Positions 26,262-35,040 of a DNA stretch of 58,523 nucleotides are shown in pieces (positions within the stretch are counted from its first letter, which is position 1; every line of letters begins with the position of its first letter). The position numbers and the translations under genes are program-made. Under the pieces are notes generated by a model. That model did not search any database, was not told where the DNA came from, and saw only the letters and a program-made list of their open reading frames with translations. The stretch comes from Candidatus Woesearchaeota archaeon (lineage in GTDB: Archaea; Nanobdellota; Nanobdellia; Woesearchaeales; JACPBV01), in the NCBI GenBank assembly GCA_019322475.1, contig JAHWIN010000031.1, positions 1 through 58,523 of the forward strand. Direction: 5' to 3'.

Positions 26262-26684
26262 CTATCCAGTTACAGTTATATATGCGCTTTTTTTGGAGAA
26301 TATATCGAATATCCTTATCTCTCCAGCTTCTTCTAATGTAACTTCATAGCTGCTTCCTTCTTCTATAACAGGGGTTGTTGACCCGTCGATGGTCATCTTA
26401 TGCCTTCCTTCGACAACCTTTAAGGATATCTTTGTCCCTGCAGCGACCTCAAGTTCAGCTGGGTCAAAGCCGGCGTTTGTTACGATCACCTCTGTTTCGA
26501 CAGCTCCTGATGGCATAACTCCAGGCATCTCCTCTGCCTCTGTTGGCATAACTCCCGGCGCTGAAGGTGTTGCCTCCGGCATTGCAGGTGGAGCTTCTGG
26601 TGCTGCAGGAGCCTCTTGCTGCTTTGTTGCACATCCTACCATAAGAACTATCATCAGAAGTGCAACCATATATATCGCTTTCAT
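26262..26684 (-). CDS. Lipoprotein-like exported cupredoxin-like protein
   Basis: MKAIYMVALLMIVLMVGC (lipobox) is followed by a Pro/Ala/Glu linker. The domain reads VIVTNAGFDPAELEVAAGTKISLKV...YEVTLEEAGEIRIFDI. I prefer the ATG at 26684, preceded by GAGGTG, over the track's TTG at 26720. Confidence 0.45.
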   Translation of the reverse strand: MKAIYMVALLMIVLMVGCATKQQEAPAAPEAPPAMPEATPSAPGVMPTEAEEMPGVMPSGAVETEVIVTNAGFDPAELEVAAGTKISLKVVEGRHKMTIDGSTTPVIEEGSSYEVTLEEAGEIRIFDIFSKKSAYITVTG

Positions 26685-26894
26685 TTTTTCACCTCGTAAT
26701 CTATGTTTTAGGATTAACAATCCTTATGTATGTCTTTTCTCCTCTACTTTATATATTTTTTGGTTTAAATCTTACGGCGGAGACCAACCGATAAAAAAGA
26801 AACAACATGGCTTTTTTGATCTTCTTTTTATAAAATAAAATATTTTATCTTCTTGCCTTTCTCATGAGGGTACTGCTATCATCCGGCAGCAGGC

Positions 26895-28808
26895 TTAATC
26901 CACTAGCCTGACCCAGTAGCCATACCCAGGAAGGAGGCGCTTGATGCTGTTAAGGCTCTCTTTTCTTCTTGCATAATAGCTTGACCAGACACTATCGTTA
27001 AAAGAATAGACAAGCGAGGAGTTTATCTTTGTCTCATCTATCAGCGCCTCATCCATGGAAGGATGCCCTATGAGGTTCCATCCAGGCTTTAGGCTTATGT
27101 TGTATGCGCTGAATTCTGTCCCTTGGATTTCAAGGGTATCGCTGCTGCCCATATCTATCCAGTATCCTCTTGTCTCATTTATCCTGTCCCCCTCTTTTAA
27201 CTCTATCCATCTTCCTTCCGAGTATGTCAGGATCCGGGTGTAGCCCCCTTCTATAGAACTTAAAGGAGCCGGGAGCGTCTTGTCAGCCAGGTTTAACGGG
27301 AAGGATATAAGGTTCCATCCCTTGTTCAGGCTGAAGCTTGCTGTAATCCCTGATATGACATCTTTCATGAGCATATTATTCGACTCAAGGCTCTCTTCCA
27401 CCTTGTTGCTGTAGTCTATGAATGCATATACCCTTTCTATATCTGAAGTGTCTGCATCAAAGCTTATGCTTACTGAAGATGAGGGAGCAAGGCGGTCGAA
27501 CAATGATCCTCCAATAGGGTTAAAGCCCTGGTCAAAAAGATCCAGGCTGAATTCCCAGGCATAGGCCTGCCCTTCATTAGCTATAACTGCATCAATCCCC
27601 TCATCGCTTATGTTCAGGGAACCGAAGGCAAGGTCAGGAAGCTCTGGCTTTTCAAAATCCCCGTAACTGTAGCTTTCTGTAGAGTATGCATCTGAAACAT
27701 GGTCGAGGACCACCCTATCTTTAATAAGCCGTATAAACCCGATCATATAAGGGCCGTTTATCCTGCTGCTGTAGATGTGGGTTCCATCTATCATCAGGCT
27801 TATGTTCTGCAGGCCTTTGCCGAGCGTGAACTCTTCGGAGGCATGTGTTATATACTCTCCTGACTGCCCCCTGAGCTCAATCTCTATCACATATGTACCT
27901 GACTCGTTGATGTCAAGGCTTGTGTTAATCTGGAGGAACTCAGCAAGGCTGTTGCTGTCCAGGTCTATCCCGGAGTCAGAGTAAGAATCCATCAGCATGC
28001 TTTGCTTGGCATCAAAATCATATAAGTTATAATCAAGGGGGTAATCGAAATAAAAATCATAGTTCCTTCCGTCCTCTATGGATATGAGGTATAATGATGG
28101 GGAGGCTATCCTCTTTTTCCTTATCTCTTTTCCATCAAAATCTATATAGATGCTGTTTATGCCTTCTTCCAGCTGATACTCCTTTTTTGAGCTTATCGTC
28201 CTGCTGTCTCCGATCAGGGCATTTATCCATGAACTTTCAACTGATGCAGAGGTTACTTCTGCATATATCCTTAACAAGTCATCCCTTAAGTCTGAATCTG
28301 TGTCTATAGGGCTGTAGGATGTTATCTCCAGGCCGATATCGGGCTTTTCATAAAGATCATTGTCAAAATAGAAGCTGAATGCATCCTCTTTCATGTAGAC
28401 TGCCAGGTAATCTTCCTGTATCCTAAGGCTCAGGTTATATTTTCCTTCCGGAAGCAGCCGGGCATCATAGCAGAGCTGGACCTCATTTTTTCCTTCATAC
28501 ATCCAGTATGCCTTACTTGTTGTGGCTATCATGTTGCCGCCATGGTATAGGTCTCCTGTAAACATGTAGCTTCCATCTTTATTATCCACGGTTATGTTGA
28601 TCACAAGAAGATCGTATAATGAGTTATGATCGGTGTCATTTCCGTAAAAGCTTATAGAGGTTACATCAATCCTTTCGGAGGAGTATGTAAAGTCATAAGA
28701 GCTTATCAGCTCTTCAATGGTTATTGATGAGGCTGGCCGGGTGGATGACAGCGAGATGACTACAATCAAAAGAATGTAAAGAATAACTTTCCTGAAACCC
28801 CCCAACAT
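26895..28808 (-). CDS. Large secreted protein with N-terminal beta-sandwich-like modules and two C-terminal GWNL modules
   Basis: Signal peptide MLGGFRKVILYILLIVVISLSS. Repeated pattern D.D...L.D.L.I...V....G.Y....L......I...GPY. The C-terminus holds KGWNLISFPL...RGYWIDM and PGWNLIGHPS...GYGYWVRL. Confidence 0.6.
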   Translation of the reverse strand: MLGGFRKVILYILLIVVISLSSTRPASSITIEELISSYDFTYSSERIDVTSISFYGNDTDHNSLYDLLVINITVDNKDGSYMFTGDLYHGGNMIATTSKAYWMYEGKNEVQLCYDARLLPEGKYNLSLRIQEDYLAVYMKEDAFSFYFDNDLYEKPDIGLEITSYSPIDTDSDLRDDLLRIYAEVTSASVESSWINALIGDSRTISSKKEYQLEEGINSIYIDFDGKEIRKKRIASPSLYLISIEDGRNYDFYFDYPLDYNLYDFDAKQSMLMDSYSDSGIDLDSNSLAEFLQINTSLDINESGTYVIEIELRGQSGEYITHASEEFTLGKGLQNISLMIDGTHIYSSRINGPYMIGFIRLIKDRVVLDHVSDAYSTESYSYGDFEKPELPDLAFGSLNISDEGIDAVIANEGQAYAWEFSLDLFDQGFNPIGGSLFDRLAPSSSVSISFDADTSDIERVYAFIDYSNKVEESLESNNMLMKDVISGITASFSLNKGWNLISFPLNLADKTLPAPLSSIEGGYTRILTYSEGRWIELKEGDRINETRGYWIDMGSSDTLEIQGTEFSAYNISLKPGWNLIGHPSMDEALIDETKINSSLVYSFNDSVWSSYYARRKESLNSIKRLLPGYGYWVRLVD

Positions 28809-28869
28809 TTTAGCTGCTTTAGGGTTGGTAAAGAGATATATAAGCCTTTTGTTTTTAGAGGGGTTGTTG

Positions 28870-29063
28870 CGGAATTCTCCTTTCAGTCGGAGTTAGCGCC
28901 TGGCTCGGCTGTACTGTTTTTAGGGGTAGCCGACGTCCCCCGACGGGTGTGTTAAACGCCATAAATTTACTTCGTAAATTTAATTCACCCCCCCTGTCGG
29001 CTTCATATAAGCATTAATAAGCCTCGCATAAATGGCGCTAACCCATCATTCCGCAACAACCCC
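28870..29063. mobile_element. MITE-like element: 194 bp with perfect 16-bp terminal inverted repeats and a flanking 9-10-bp direct repeat
   Basis: TIR GGGGTTGTTGCGGAAT (28870-28885) pairs with ATTCCGCAACAACCCC (29048-29063). Flanking GTTTTTAGA(G) occurs at 28861-28869/70 and 29064-29073. Internal pairing also exists (GTTAGCGCC/GGCGCTAAC, AGCCGACG/TGTCGGCT, AAATTTAC-TTC-GTAAATTT). The element is non-coding. Confidence 0.55.
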
Positions 29064-29078
29064 GTTTTTAGAGCAGCT

Positions 29079-29351
29079 TTATTTGTTGTGCACCTCATAT
29101 CTTAACAGCTTGATCTCTTCTACCTGGTTCTCTATCATCACCTTCAGCTCTTCTTTCATGTTCTCATTAACCGCTGCGGATATGACCATAAGTATCATAA
29201 GAAGCCATAAGAATACTGCCTGGATAAGGTCCCACGAAAGATTTTTTTCTATGAGGATCATCCTGTGAATGCTTATATAGCCTATCACGATCAATGCTAT
29301 CCCTATGCCTAACAGGATCATCTCAAAAGGATTGGGCTTTCTTTTTACCAA
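29079..29351 (-). CDS. Small membrane protein (two TM helices plus a coiled C-terminus)
   Basis: The 90-aa ORF has the hydrophobic segments ILLGIGIALIVIGYISI and VFLWLLMILMVISAAV. No homolog recognised. Confidence 0.4.
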   Translation of the reverse strand: MVKRKPNPFEMILLGIGIALIVIGYISIHRMILIEKNLSWDLIQAVFLWLLMILMVISAAVNENMKEELKVMIENQVEEIKLLRYEVHNK

Positions 29352-29494
29352 TGTTCCCTTTAGGATTTTACTTGTATTTAAATATTATGGAAATTTTTTG
29401 GCTGTTTGGGATACACGGCAAACTGCGAGTATCCCAGCAGCCCCTTGCGCCTCTTTCAGATAAATATTTAAAATATGCCTCCTTAATCTTTTCA

Positions 29495-30292
29495 ATGGCA
29501 ATCGTGAGGATAGATATAAACAAGCCGGTGGAACAGAACGCTTCAGCTTATTATGACGGAGCCAAGAAGATAAAGAAGAAGATAGCAGGGGCCAGAGAGG
29601 CTTTAGAGGAAACAAGGCATAAGCTGAAGAAACTGGAAAAAGAGCAGGAAAGGCATTCAAGAGAAGCAGCTTTGGAGATGGAGAAAAAAGCAGGATCTGC
29701 AGCCGGGGCCAGGAAGGAATGGTATGATAAGTTCAGGTGGTTCATATCTTCAGAGGGTTTTTTGGTCATAGGGGGCAGGGACGCAACTACCAATGAGATA
29801 CTTGTAAAGAAACACACGTCAAAGGGCGACCTTGTTTTCCATACCGATATGGTGGGGAGCCCTTTTTTTGCGGTGCAGGCCGGCAACAAGAAGGTAGGCA
29901 AGAAGACTATCCAGGAGGCTGCTGATGCTACAGCAGCCTTTTCAAGGGCATGGAAGATGGGGATGCAGAACTCCTCTGTTTTTTACTGCACTCCTGAACA
30001 GCTGACCAAGGAAGCCCCTTCAGGGGAGTATGTTCCCAGGGGAGGATTCATCACAAAGGGGAAGCTCAATTATATAGACAACAGGGCCAATTGTGCTGTC
30101 GGCATCTATAACGGAAAGGTGATGGCTGGGCCTGTAGAGGCTGTAAAGAAAAACTGCGAGAAATATGTTGAGATAAAACAGGGGAGGGATAAGGCAAGCG
30201 CCGTTGCAAAAAATATCCAGAAGAAGATAGGCGGGAATATAGATGAGATAATAAGGGCGCTGCCAAGCGGCGGATGCAGGATCAGCAAGTGA
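29495..30292 (+). CDS. Short NFACT-family protein (coiled coil + NFACT-R/DUF814), Rqc2/RqcH-like C-terminal half
   Basis: WYDKFRWFISSEGFLVIGGRDATTNEILVKKHTSKGDLVFHTDMVGSPF is the DUF814 signature. I prefer the ATG at 29495 (MAIVRIDI) because the track start at 29294 overlaps the convergent membrane ORF. Confidence 0.65.
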   Translation: MAIVRIDINKPVEQNASAYYDGAKKIKKKIAGAREALEETRHKLKKLEKEQERHSREAALEMEKKAGSAAGARKEWYDKFRWFISSEGFLVIGGRDATTNEILVKKHTSKGDLVFHTDMVGSPFFAVQAGNKKVGKKTIQEAADATAAFSRAWKMGMQNSSVFYCTPEQLTKEAPSGEYVPRGGFITKGKLNYIDNRANCAVGIYNGKVMAGPVEAVKKNCEKYVEIKQGRDKASAVAKNIQKKIGGNIDEIIRALPSGGCRISK

Positions 30293-30336
30293 GCTAATGC
30301 CCCCCGATCCCTGAGATCTTAACATAGCGATTTAAG

Positions 30337-31119
30337 ATGACCTTGAAATTCAAATGCACACAATGCGGACAATGCTGCAGCCATATAAGGGGCATGATCT
30401 CTGAAAGCGAGAAGGGGTTTTTGCAGGAGTATGCTTATGGGAAGCTTCCCCTGATCCAGCTTTTTCCTGTAGAGAGGATGTCTTTTCCGCTCTTTGATTT
30501 TGAAGCAAGGCGCTTTAAGGAATGGGAGAAAAAGGCCAAATCAGGAGCTAAGATAGAGCCTTCGAGAGTCCTTTTTGACCTGAAGTCAAACAGGTCTGTC
30601 GTGTTCGCCTATTATATGGACCATACAAGCTGCCCTTTCCTGAAGGGAGGGCGATGCCTTATATATGACAGGAAGAGGGCATTCATATGCAGGATGTTCC
30701 CCTTTAACAGGGGGCCTTTCCTTGAGACAGGGGAAGAGCTGAAGAAGGAAGATATGTTTGGATCCTGCAAGGAAGCAGAGGGCATAATATCCAGCCTGGA
30801 TATGAAGGATAAAAAAAGGATGGTGAGCCAGCTGTACAGCGCATTTGGCGACGACCTTCTTGATGTTATAGAGTATGACCATATCTCCCAATGGACCAAC
30901 AGGATGGCTGTAGATATGATAAGATTGGGGAAGGTGAGGCCTGCAATGAACTACCCTTACAAGCATCTTCTGAAGAGGATAATGGGCTCTGAGAAGACAG
31001 ACCTTATGGACTTTCTTGTTGAGGAAGGGATAAAAACAAGGGAAGAGATAGAAAATTTAATAAACAGGGCGGATAATAATATTGACGCTAAAGAGATATT
31101 GGCGGGGTTTTTGGGATGA
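30337..31119 (+). CDS. YkgJ-family cysteine-cluster (putative Fe-S/Zn) protein
   Basis: The N-terminal CTQCGQCC motif is followed by a later CPFL..GRCLIYDRKRAFICRMFP, typical of the UPF0153/YkgJ family. Confidence 0.55.
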   Translation: MTLKFKCTQCGQCCSHIRGMISESEKGFLQEYAYGKLPLIQLFPVERMSFPLFDFEARRFKEWEKKAKSGAKIEPSRVLFDLKSNRSVVFAYYMDHTSCPFLKGGRCLIYDRKRAFICRMFPFNRGPFLETGEELKKEDMFGSCKEAEGIISSLDMKDKKRMVSQLYSAFGDDLLDVIEYDHISQWTNRMAVDMIRLGKVRPAMNYPYKHLLKRIMGSEKTDLMDFLVEEGIKTREEIENLINRADNNIDAKEILAGFLG

Positions 31120-31157
31120 ATCGTTTGCTGTTGCATTAGTGGTGGTGAGGAGGAAAA

Positions 31158-31778
31158 ATGATGATAACTTCAGCTGAGATGAGGGATCTTGAAGATAATT
31201 GCGGGATATCAAAGCTTCAGCTAATGGCAAATGCCGGAAAAGGGATATATGAAACGCTTAACAGCAGGTTTCCTGACCTTGCAGATAAGAGGATATTGAT
31301 AGTTTCTTATCATGGGAACAATGGAGGGGACGGATTTGTTGCAGCCCGCCACCTTTGCGAAAAGGCAGAGACAGACATCCTTTTTATAGGTGATGAGAAC
31401 AAGCTTAAGGATGAGGCAAGGGCAAACTATGCAAGGGCGGAGAACAATAACAGGATACAGCTTTTTTTGCAGCCTGAGGGGATAGATTTTGATGCTTATG
31501 ACATAATCATAGACGCTTTACTGGGGATAGGGGCCAGAGGGGAGCTCAAGGAGCCTATAGCTTCTATAGTTGAAAGCATCAATGATTCATCATCATTTAA
31601 GGTATCTGTCGATGTGCCTACAGGGATGGACGCTGACACAGGGGAATCTTACGGAAAGCATGTGGATCCTGACCTGATAATAACATTTCATGACATAAAG
31701 AAAGGATTAGAGGCGCTTAAGGACAAGACGGTCATAGTGGACATAGGGATAAAAAGAGGTGATAAGGATGTACAATAA
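31158..31778 (+). CDS. NAD(P)H-hydrate epimerase (YjeF N-terminal domain, stand-alone)
   Basis: Motifs: SYHGNNGGDGFVAARHL, DALLGIG, SVDVPTG. Confidence 0.8.
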   Translation: MMITSAEMRDLEDNCGISKLQLMANAGKGIYETLNSRFPDLADKRILIVSYHGNNGGDGFVAARHLCEKAETDILFIGDENKLKDEARANYARAENNNRIQLFLQPEGIDFDAYDIIIDALLGIGARGELKEPIASIVESINDSSSFKVSVDVPTGMDADTGESYGKHVDPDLIITFHDIKKGLEALKDKTVIVDIGIKRGDKDVQ

Positions 31779-31995
31779 GTGCTTTGGAAGCGGATTGATC
31801 TCTGCAATAGCTACATGGGGTTTTTTTGCCCTGCTTCTTACCCTGCTGAAGGTTGAGAACGCCCAGGTGAATGCAGTATGGCTTACACTGCTTGCAGTTG
31901 CTGCTGTATTTTTCTGCCCTGTGATGAACAAGGATATATTAAAGTGTTGCGGGAAGAAGGCTGGCGAAGGAAAAAACGGGAAGAAAGGGAAGTGA
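31768..31995 (+). CDS. Small two-TM membrane protein with a Lys/Gly-rich tail
   Basis: The ATG at 31768 is preceded by AGAGGTGA. Hydrophobic segments are LISAIATWGFFALLLTLL and VWLTLLAVAAVFFCPV. It overlaps the upstream gene by 11 nt. Confidence 0.35.
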   Translation: MYNKCFGSGLISAIATWGFFALLLTLLKVENAQVNAVWLTLLAVAAVFFCPVMNKDILKCCGKKAGEGKNGKKGK

Positions 31996-32059
31996 GCGGC
32001 TGACTTCTAGGTAGGGCTTATAGCAATAGATTTAAATATCTACTTTCCTATGGTGTATA

Positions 32060-32872
32060 ATGATGAAGGCCATAACAAGGAAGGATATAAGGCTGCCAAG
32101 GAGGGCTTTAGGCAGCCATAAAGGGGATAATGGAAGGGTTCTTGTAATAGGGGGCAGCAGGGATTATGTTGGTGCAGCTGCTTTGGCAGGGATCGCTGCC
32201 CTCAGGTCAGGGGCAGACTGGGTAACTGTCGCTGCTCCTGAAAAGGCAGGATATGCTATAAACGCCTTAAGTGCTGACCTTGTAGTAAAAAAATATAAAG
32301 GGGATCATTTTCGTGTTTCCCATGTTAAGGGACTATTGGAGCTTGAGAGACAGTTTGATTCTGTGCTTATCGGAAATGGCATAGGCATCAAGGCAGGGCC
32401 TTTTGTAAGGAAATATGTAAATGGAAGCAGAAAGCCATTGGTGATAGACGCTGATGCTATAAAGGTAGTTTCTATAAAAGATGTTAATAACGCTATACTT
32501 ACTCCCCATAGGAGGGAGCTGGACATATTTCTGAAGAACAGCGGCATCAAGGAAGGGGCGCTTAGAAAGAGAATAGGCCGTAATGTTATATTATTGAAAG
32601 GAAGGACAGACAGGATAATAAGCTCTGCTAAGGAATATTATAACAAGACCGGCAATCCAGGGATGACAAAGGCCGGGACAGGAGACGTTTTAGCGGGGCT
32701 GTGTGCCGGGTTTTTAGGGCAGGGCTTGAGCTTACTGCAGTCTGCTGTGAATGCCGCTTACTTTAACGGGCTGGCAGGGGACATACTCTTAAGGAAGAAA
32801 AAGGGGTTTACTTACCTTGCTTCAGACCTGGCTGATGAGCTCAGTAGGATTCTAAGAAAGCATAAGGTTTAG
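32060..32872 (+). CDS. ADP/ATP-dependent NAD(P)H-hydrate dehydratase (YjeF C-terminal domain, stand-alone)
   Basis: Motifs: SHKGDNGRVLVIGGS..YVGAAALAG.AALRSGAD, ILTPH, GTGDVLAGL. Confidence 0.8.
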   Translation: MMKAITRKDIRLPRRALGSHKGDNGRVLVIGGSRDYVGAAALAGIAALRSGADWVTVAAPEKAGYAINALSADLVVKKYKGDHFRVSHVKGLLELERQFDSVLIGNGIGIKAGPFVRKYVNGSRKPLVIDADAIKVVSIKDVNNAILTPHRRELDIFLKNSGIKEGALRKRIGRNVILLKGRTDRIISSAKEYYNKTGNPGMTKAGTGDVLAGLCAGFLGQGLSLLQSAVNAAYFNGLAGDILLRKKKGFTYLASDLADELSRILRKHKV

Positions 32873-32966
32873 ATTCTATCTTTCACAAATAATTTAAACG
32901 CTTCTGCACTTCTCTATTCTTTTGTTGCTTTGGGAACTATAATGGAAGGGCTTAATTCAGGATAAA

Positions 32967-33431
32967 ATGATATACCAGATAAGTCAGAAGATAAGTCGGT
33001 TTTATGACAACGCTCCTCTTCTTTTTTCTTTGGGAGTAGCTTATGGGACCATCAACCTAGTAGCTTTGGTGGGCATCGCCGAAGGGGCTGGAAGAAGGAC
33101 GATAGAGGGAATGATGATAGAACCGGTTGCTTATGTGAGCTCTAATCTAGCAACTCAACCAGGCATTGTTGGTGGGGCTGGAAGAAGGACGAGAGAACCA
33201 ACTTTGGACTTTGTTTTGCAACAATCTAATCCTAGTGGGAGCAGCTTCTTTGTTCCCCCTAAGCCACCATCACAGTGGGGCGCTTCCTGTGCATTGATAT
33301 ATGCTCCAGACCTATCTCCTGAAGTGGTGAAAGAGATCAATCAAAAATATGCTCCTCCGGGCAAGGAGCTTTTTGCAGTCTATCCATTTTTTAATGAGAG
33401 GTGTTTTCTCTGGCAATGGAAGTTGAAGTAA
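32967..33431 (+). CDS. Hypothetical protein with the internal duplicate G(A/G)GAGRRT(I/R)E
   Basis: It is the only long ORF in the interval. The DNA segment ggggctggaagaaggacga occurs twice. No homolog recognised. Confidence 0.3.
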   Translation: MIYQISQKISRFYDNAPLLFSLGVAYGTINLVALVGIAEGAGRRTIEGMMIEPVAYVSSNLATQPGIVGGAGRRTREPTLDFVLQQSNPSGSSFFVPPKPPSQWGASCALIYAPDLSPEVVKEINQKYAPPGKELFAVYPFFNERCFLWQWKLK

Positions 33432-33508
33432 TCTTTACTTATTTTTCTTAGGCTTGCATATTTCTTGGCAGAGCCAGAATCCCAGTTTAACCAAAGCCCA
33501 CAGTAAGA

Positions 33509-33518
33509 TTTATAAATA
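33509..33518 (+). promoter_or_regulatory. TATA box (TTTATAAATA) of the L44e-S27e-aIF2alpha-Nop10-PAC2 operon
   Basis: It ends 24 nt before the ATG at 33543, with no SD between. This fits a leaderless first gene. Confidence 0.5.
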
Positions 33519-33542
33519 AATGCCCTATTCCAGATACTGCAA

Positions 33543-33851
33543 ATGAAAATACCCAAGCTAATAAAGAGATACTGCAGGCACTGCAAGAAGCATACAGAGC
33601 ATAAGGTAGCTCAGACCAAAAGGGGCAGCCCAAGGAGCATGAGCTATGGCAGCAAGGTAAGGGCAAAGAGGAGAGGGGCAGCCAGGGGGATAGGCAACAG
33701 AGGCAGGTATTCAAAGAAAGCGATAACAAAGTTCAAGATGACAGGGAAGAAGATGACAAAGAAGACTGACTTAAGATACAGCTGCAAGGAATGCAAAAAG
33801 ACTACAGTCCAGAGACAGGGAATAAGGGCTAAGAGAGTAGAGTTCATTTAA
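33543..33851 (+). CDS. rpl44e: Ribosomal protein L44e (eL42)
   Basis: MKIPKLIKRYCRHCKKHTEHKV...CKECKKTT zinc-ribbon pattern. The protein is basic and ~100 aa long. Confidence 0.9.
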   Translation: MKIPKLIKRYCRHCKKHTEHKVAQTKRGSPRSMSYGSKVRAKRRGAARGIGNRGRYSKKAITKFKMTGKKMTKKTDLRYSCKECKKTTVQRQGIRAKRVEFI

Positions 33852-33904
33852 TTTCTATCATATGGTCCGATAGGGACAAGGCATAACTATAAAGGGGATA
33901 AACA

Positions 33905-34090
33905 ATGAAGCAAATGAAAGAGCCGTCAAGCAAATTCATAAAGGTAAGGTGCCCTAAGTGCAAGAATGAGCAGATAGTTTTCGGCAAGGTCACTTCGCAG
34001 GTAAACTGCCTGGTCTGCAGCAAGAAGATAGCTGACCCTACCGGCGGCAAGGCAAAGGTCAAGGCGCGTATCCTGGAAGTTTTAGAATAG
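33905..34090 (+). CDS. rps27e: Ribosomal protein S27e (eS27)
   Basis: FIKVRCPKCKNEQIVFG....VNCLVCSKKIA C4 zinc ribbon; 61 aa. Confidence 0.9.
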   Translation: MKQMKEPSSKFIKVRCPKCKNEQIVFGKVTSQVNCLVCSKKIADPTGGKAKVKARILEVLE

Positions 34091-34093
34091 AAG

Positions 34094-34867
34094 ATGCTAT
34101 TAAACAAAAGCGGCTTTCCAGAGGAAGATGAGCTTGTTCTGTGTAGTACTACAAACATATTTCACCACGGGGTATTTGTCAACCTGGACGAGTACGGCAA
34201 AAGCGGAATGATCCATATCTCTGAGGTCAGCCCCGGAAGGATAAGGAACATAAGGGACTTTGTAAAAGAGGGCAAGAAGATCGTCTGCAAGGTCTTAAGG
34301 GTGGACAAGGAGAAAGGGCATATCGACCTGAGCCTCAGAAGGGTAAACGAAAGGCAGAAAAAAGAGAAGATCAATGAGATAAAGCAGGAGCAGAAAGCAG
34401 AAAAGATAGTTGAGTTTACAGCAAAGAAACTGGATATAGGCATGAACAAGTTTTATTATGATGTTTTTTCAAAAATATCAAAGAGCTACCCCATGCTTTA
34501 CTATTGTTTTGAGGATGTTGTCAAGGGGGAAATTTCCCTTGAGAATCTTGGTATAGAAAAAAAGGCGGCAGATACCCTGACAGAATGCATCAAGGAGAGG
34601 ATGAAGCCCCAAAAGGTCTTTGTCAGGGGAACATTGAACTTAAGCTCTTATTCAGATGATGGCGTAGAGATAATAAAATCCTCCCTGGGCAAGGCCCTTG
34701 AGCAGAAGGATGTTACTGTACTGTATGAAGGGGCAGGAAAATATAAGGTAACGGTAACTGCGGATGAGTATAAGGACGCTGAGAAGATCCTTGAGGAGTC
34801 AACCAGGAAGACGATCGATTTTCTAGAGGAACATGGCGGGACAGGGGAGTTTGTCAAGTCAGAATGA
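34094..34867 (+). CDS. eif2a: Translation initiation factor aIF2 alpha subunit
   Basis: The N-terminal S1 domain reads PEEDELVL..........GVFVNLDEY.KSGMIHISEVS..RIRNIRDFVKEGKK.VCKVLRVDKEKGHIDLSLRRV. Length is 257 aa. It sits in the conserved operon context. Confidence 0.9.
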   Translation: MLLNKSGFPEEDELVLCSTTNIFHHGVFVNLDEYGKSGMIHISEVSPGRIRNIRDFVKEGKKIVCKVLRVDKEKGHIDLSLRRVNERQKKEKINEIKQEQKAEKIVEFTAKKLDIGMNKFYYDVFSKISKSYPMLYYCFEDVVKGEISLENLGIEKKAADTLTECIKERMKPQKVFVRGTLNLSSYSDDGVEIIKSSLGKALEQKDVTVLYEGAGKYKVTVTADEYKDAEKILEESTRKTIDFLEEHGGTGEFVKSE

Positions 34868-35040
34868 AGCATATCCTTAAGTGCGGGGATTGCGGAGCAT
34901 ATACCCTTAAGGAGGTATGCCCTAAATGCGGGCGAGCTGCTGTAACTCCTATCCCCCCTAAATATTCCCCATCTGACAAATATGGAGCCTACAGGAGAAA
35001 GGCAAAATCAGGATCATTAAAGGAGGCCGGCATAATATGA
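34864..35040 (+). CDS. nop10: H/ACA RNP protein Nop10
   Basis: Absent from the track because it is under 60 aa. My translation is MKHILKCGDCGAYTLKEVCPKCGRAAVTPIPPKYSPSDKYGAYRRKAKSGSLKEAGII. It has ATGA overlaps with both neighbours. Confidence 0.85.
   Translation: MKHILKCGDCGAYTLKEVCPKCGRAAVTPIPPKYSPSDKYGAYRRKAKSGSLKEAGII

Noticed and set aside
28861-29073. GTTTTTAGAG flanks resembling the 5' end of type II CRISPR repeats; also the element as SRP RNA or RNase P RNA
   Set aside because: Only two 10-bp copies exist, and they directly abut perfect TIRs, which is the geometry of a target-site duplication. I could not find the conserved SRP helix-8 (GGAA/AGCA) motif or the RNase P CR-I/CR-V (GAGGAAAGUCC, ACAGAA..CGGCUUA) motifs on either strand, and 194 nt is short for either RNA.
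31158-32872. Split YjeF (epimerase and dehydratase as separate genes with a small membrane ORF between) as a novelty
   Set aside because: Stand-alone YjeF_N and YjeF_C genes are common. The intervening 75-aa ORF is weakly supported, so this is not reported as a finding.
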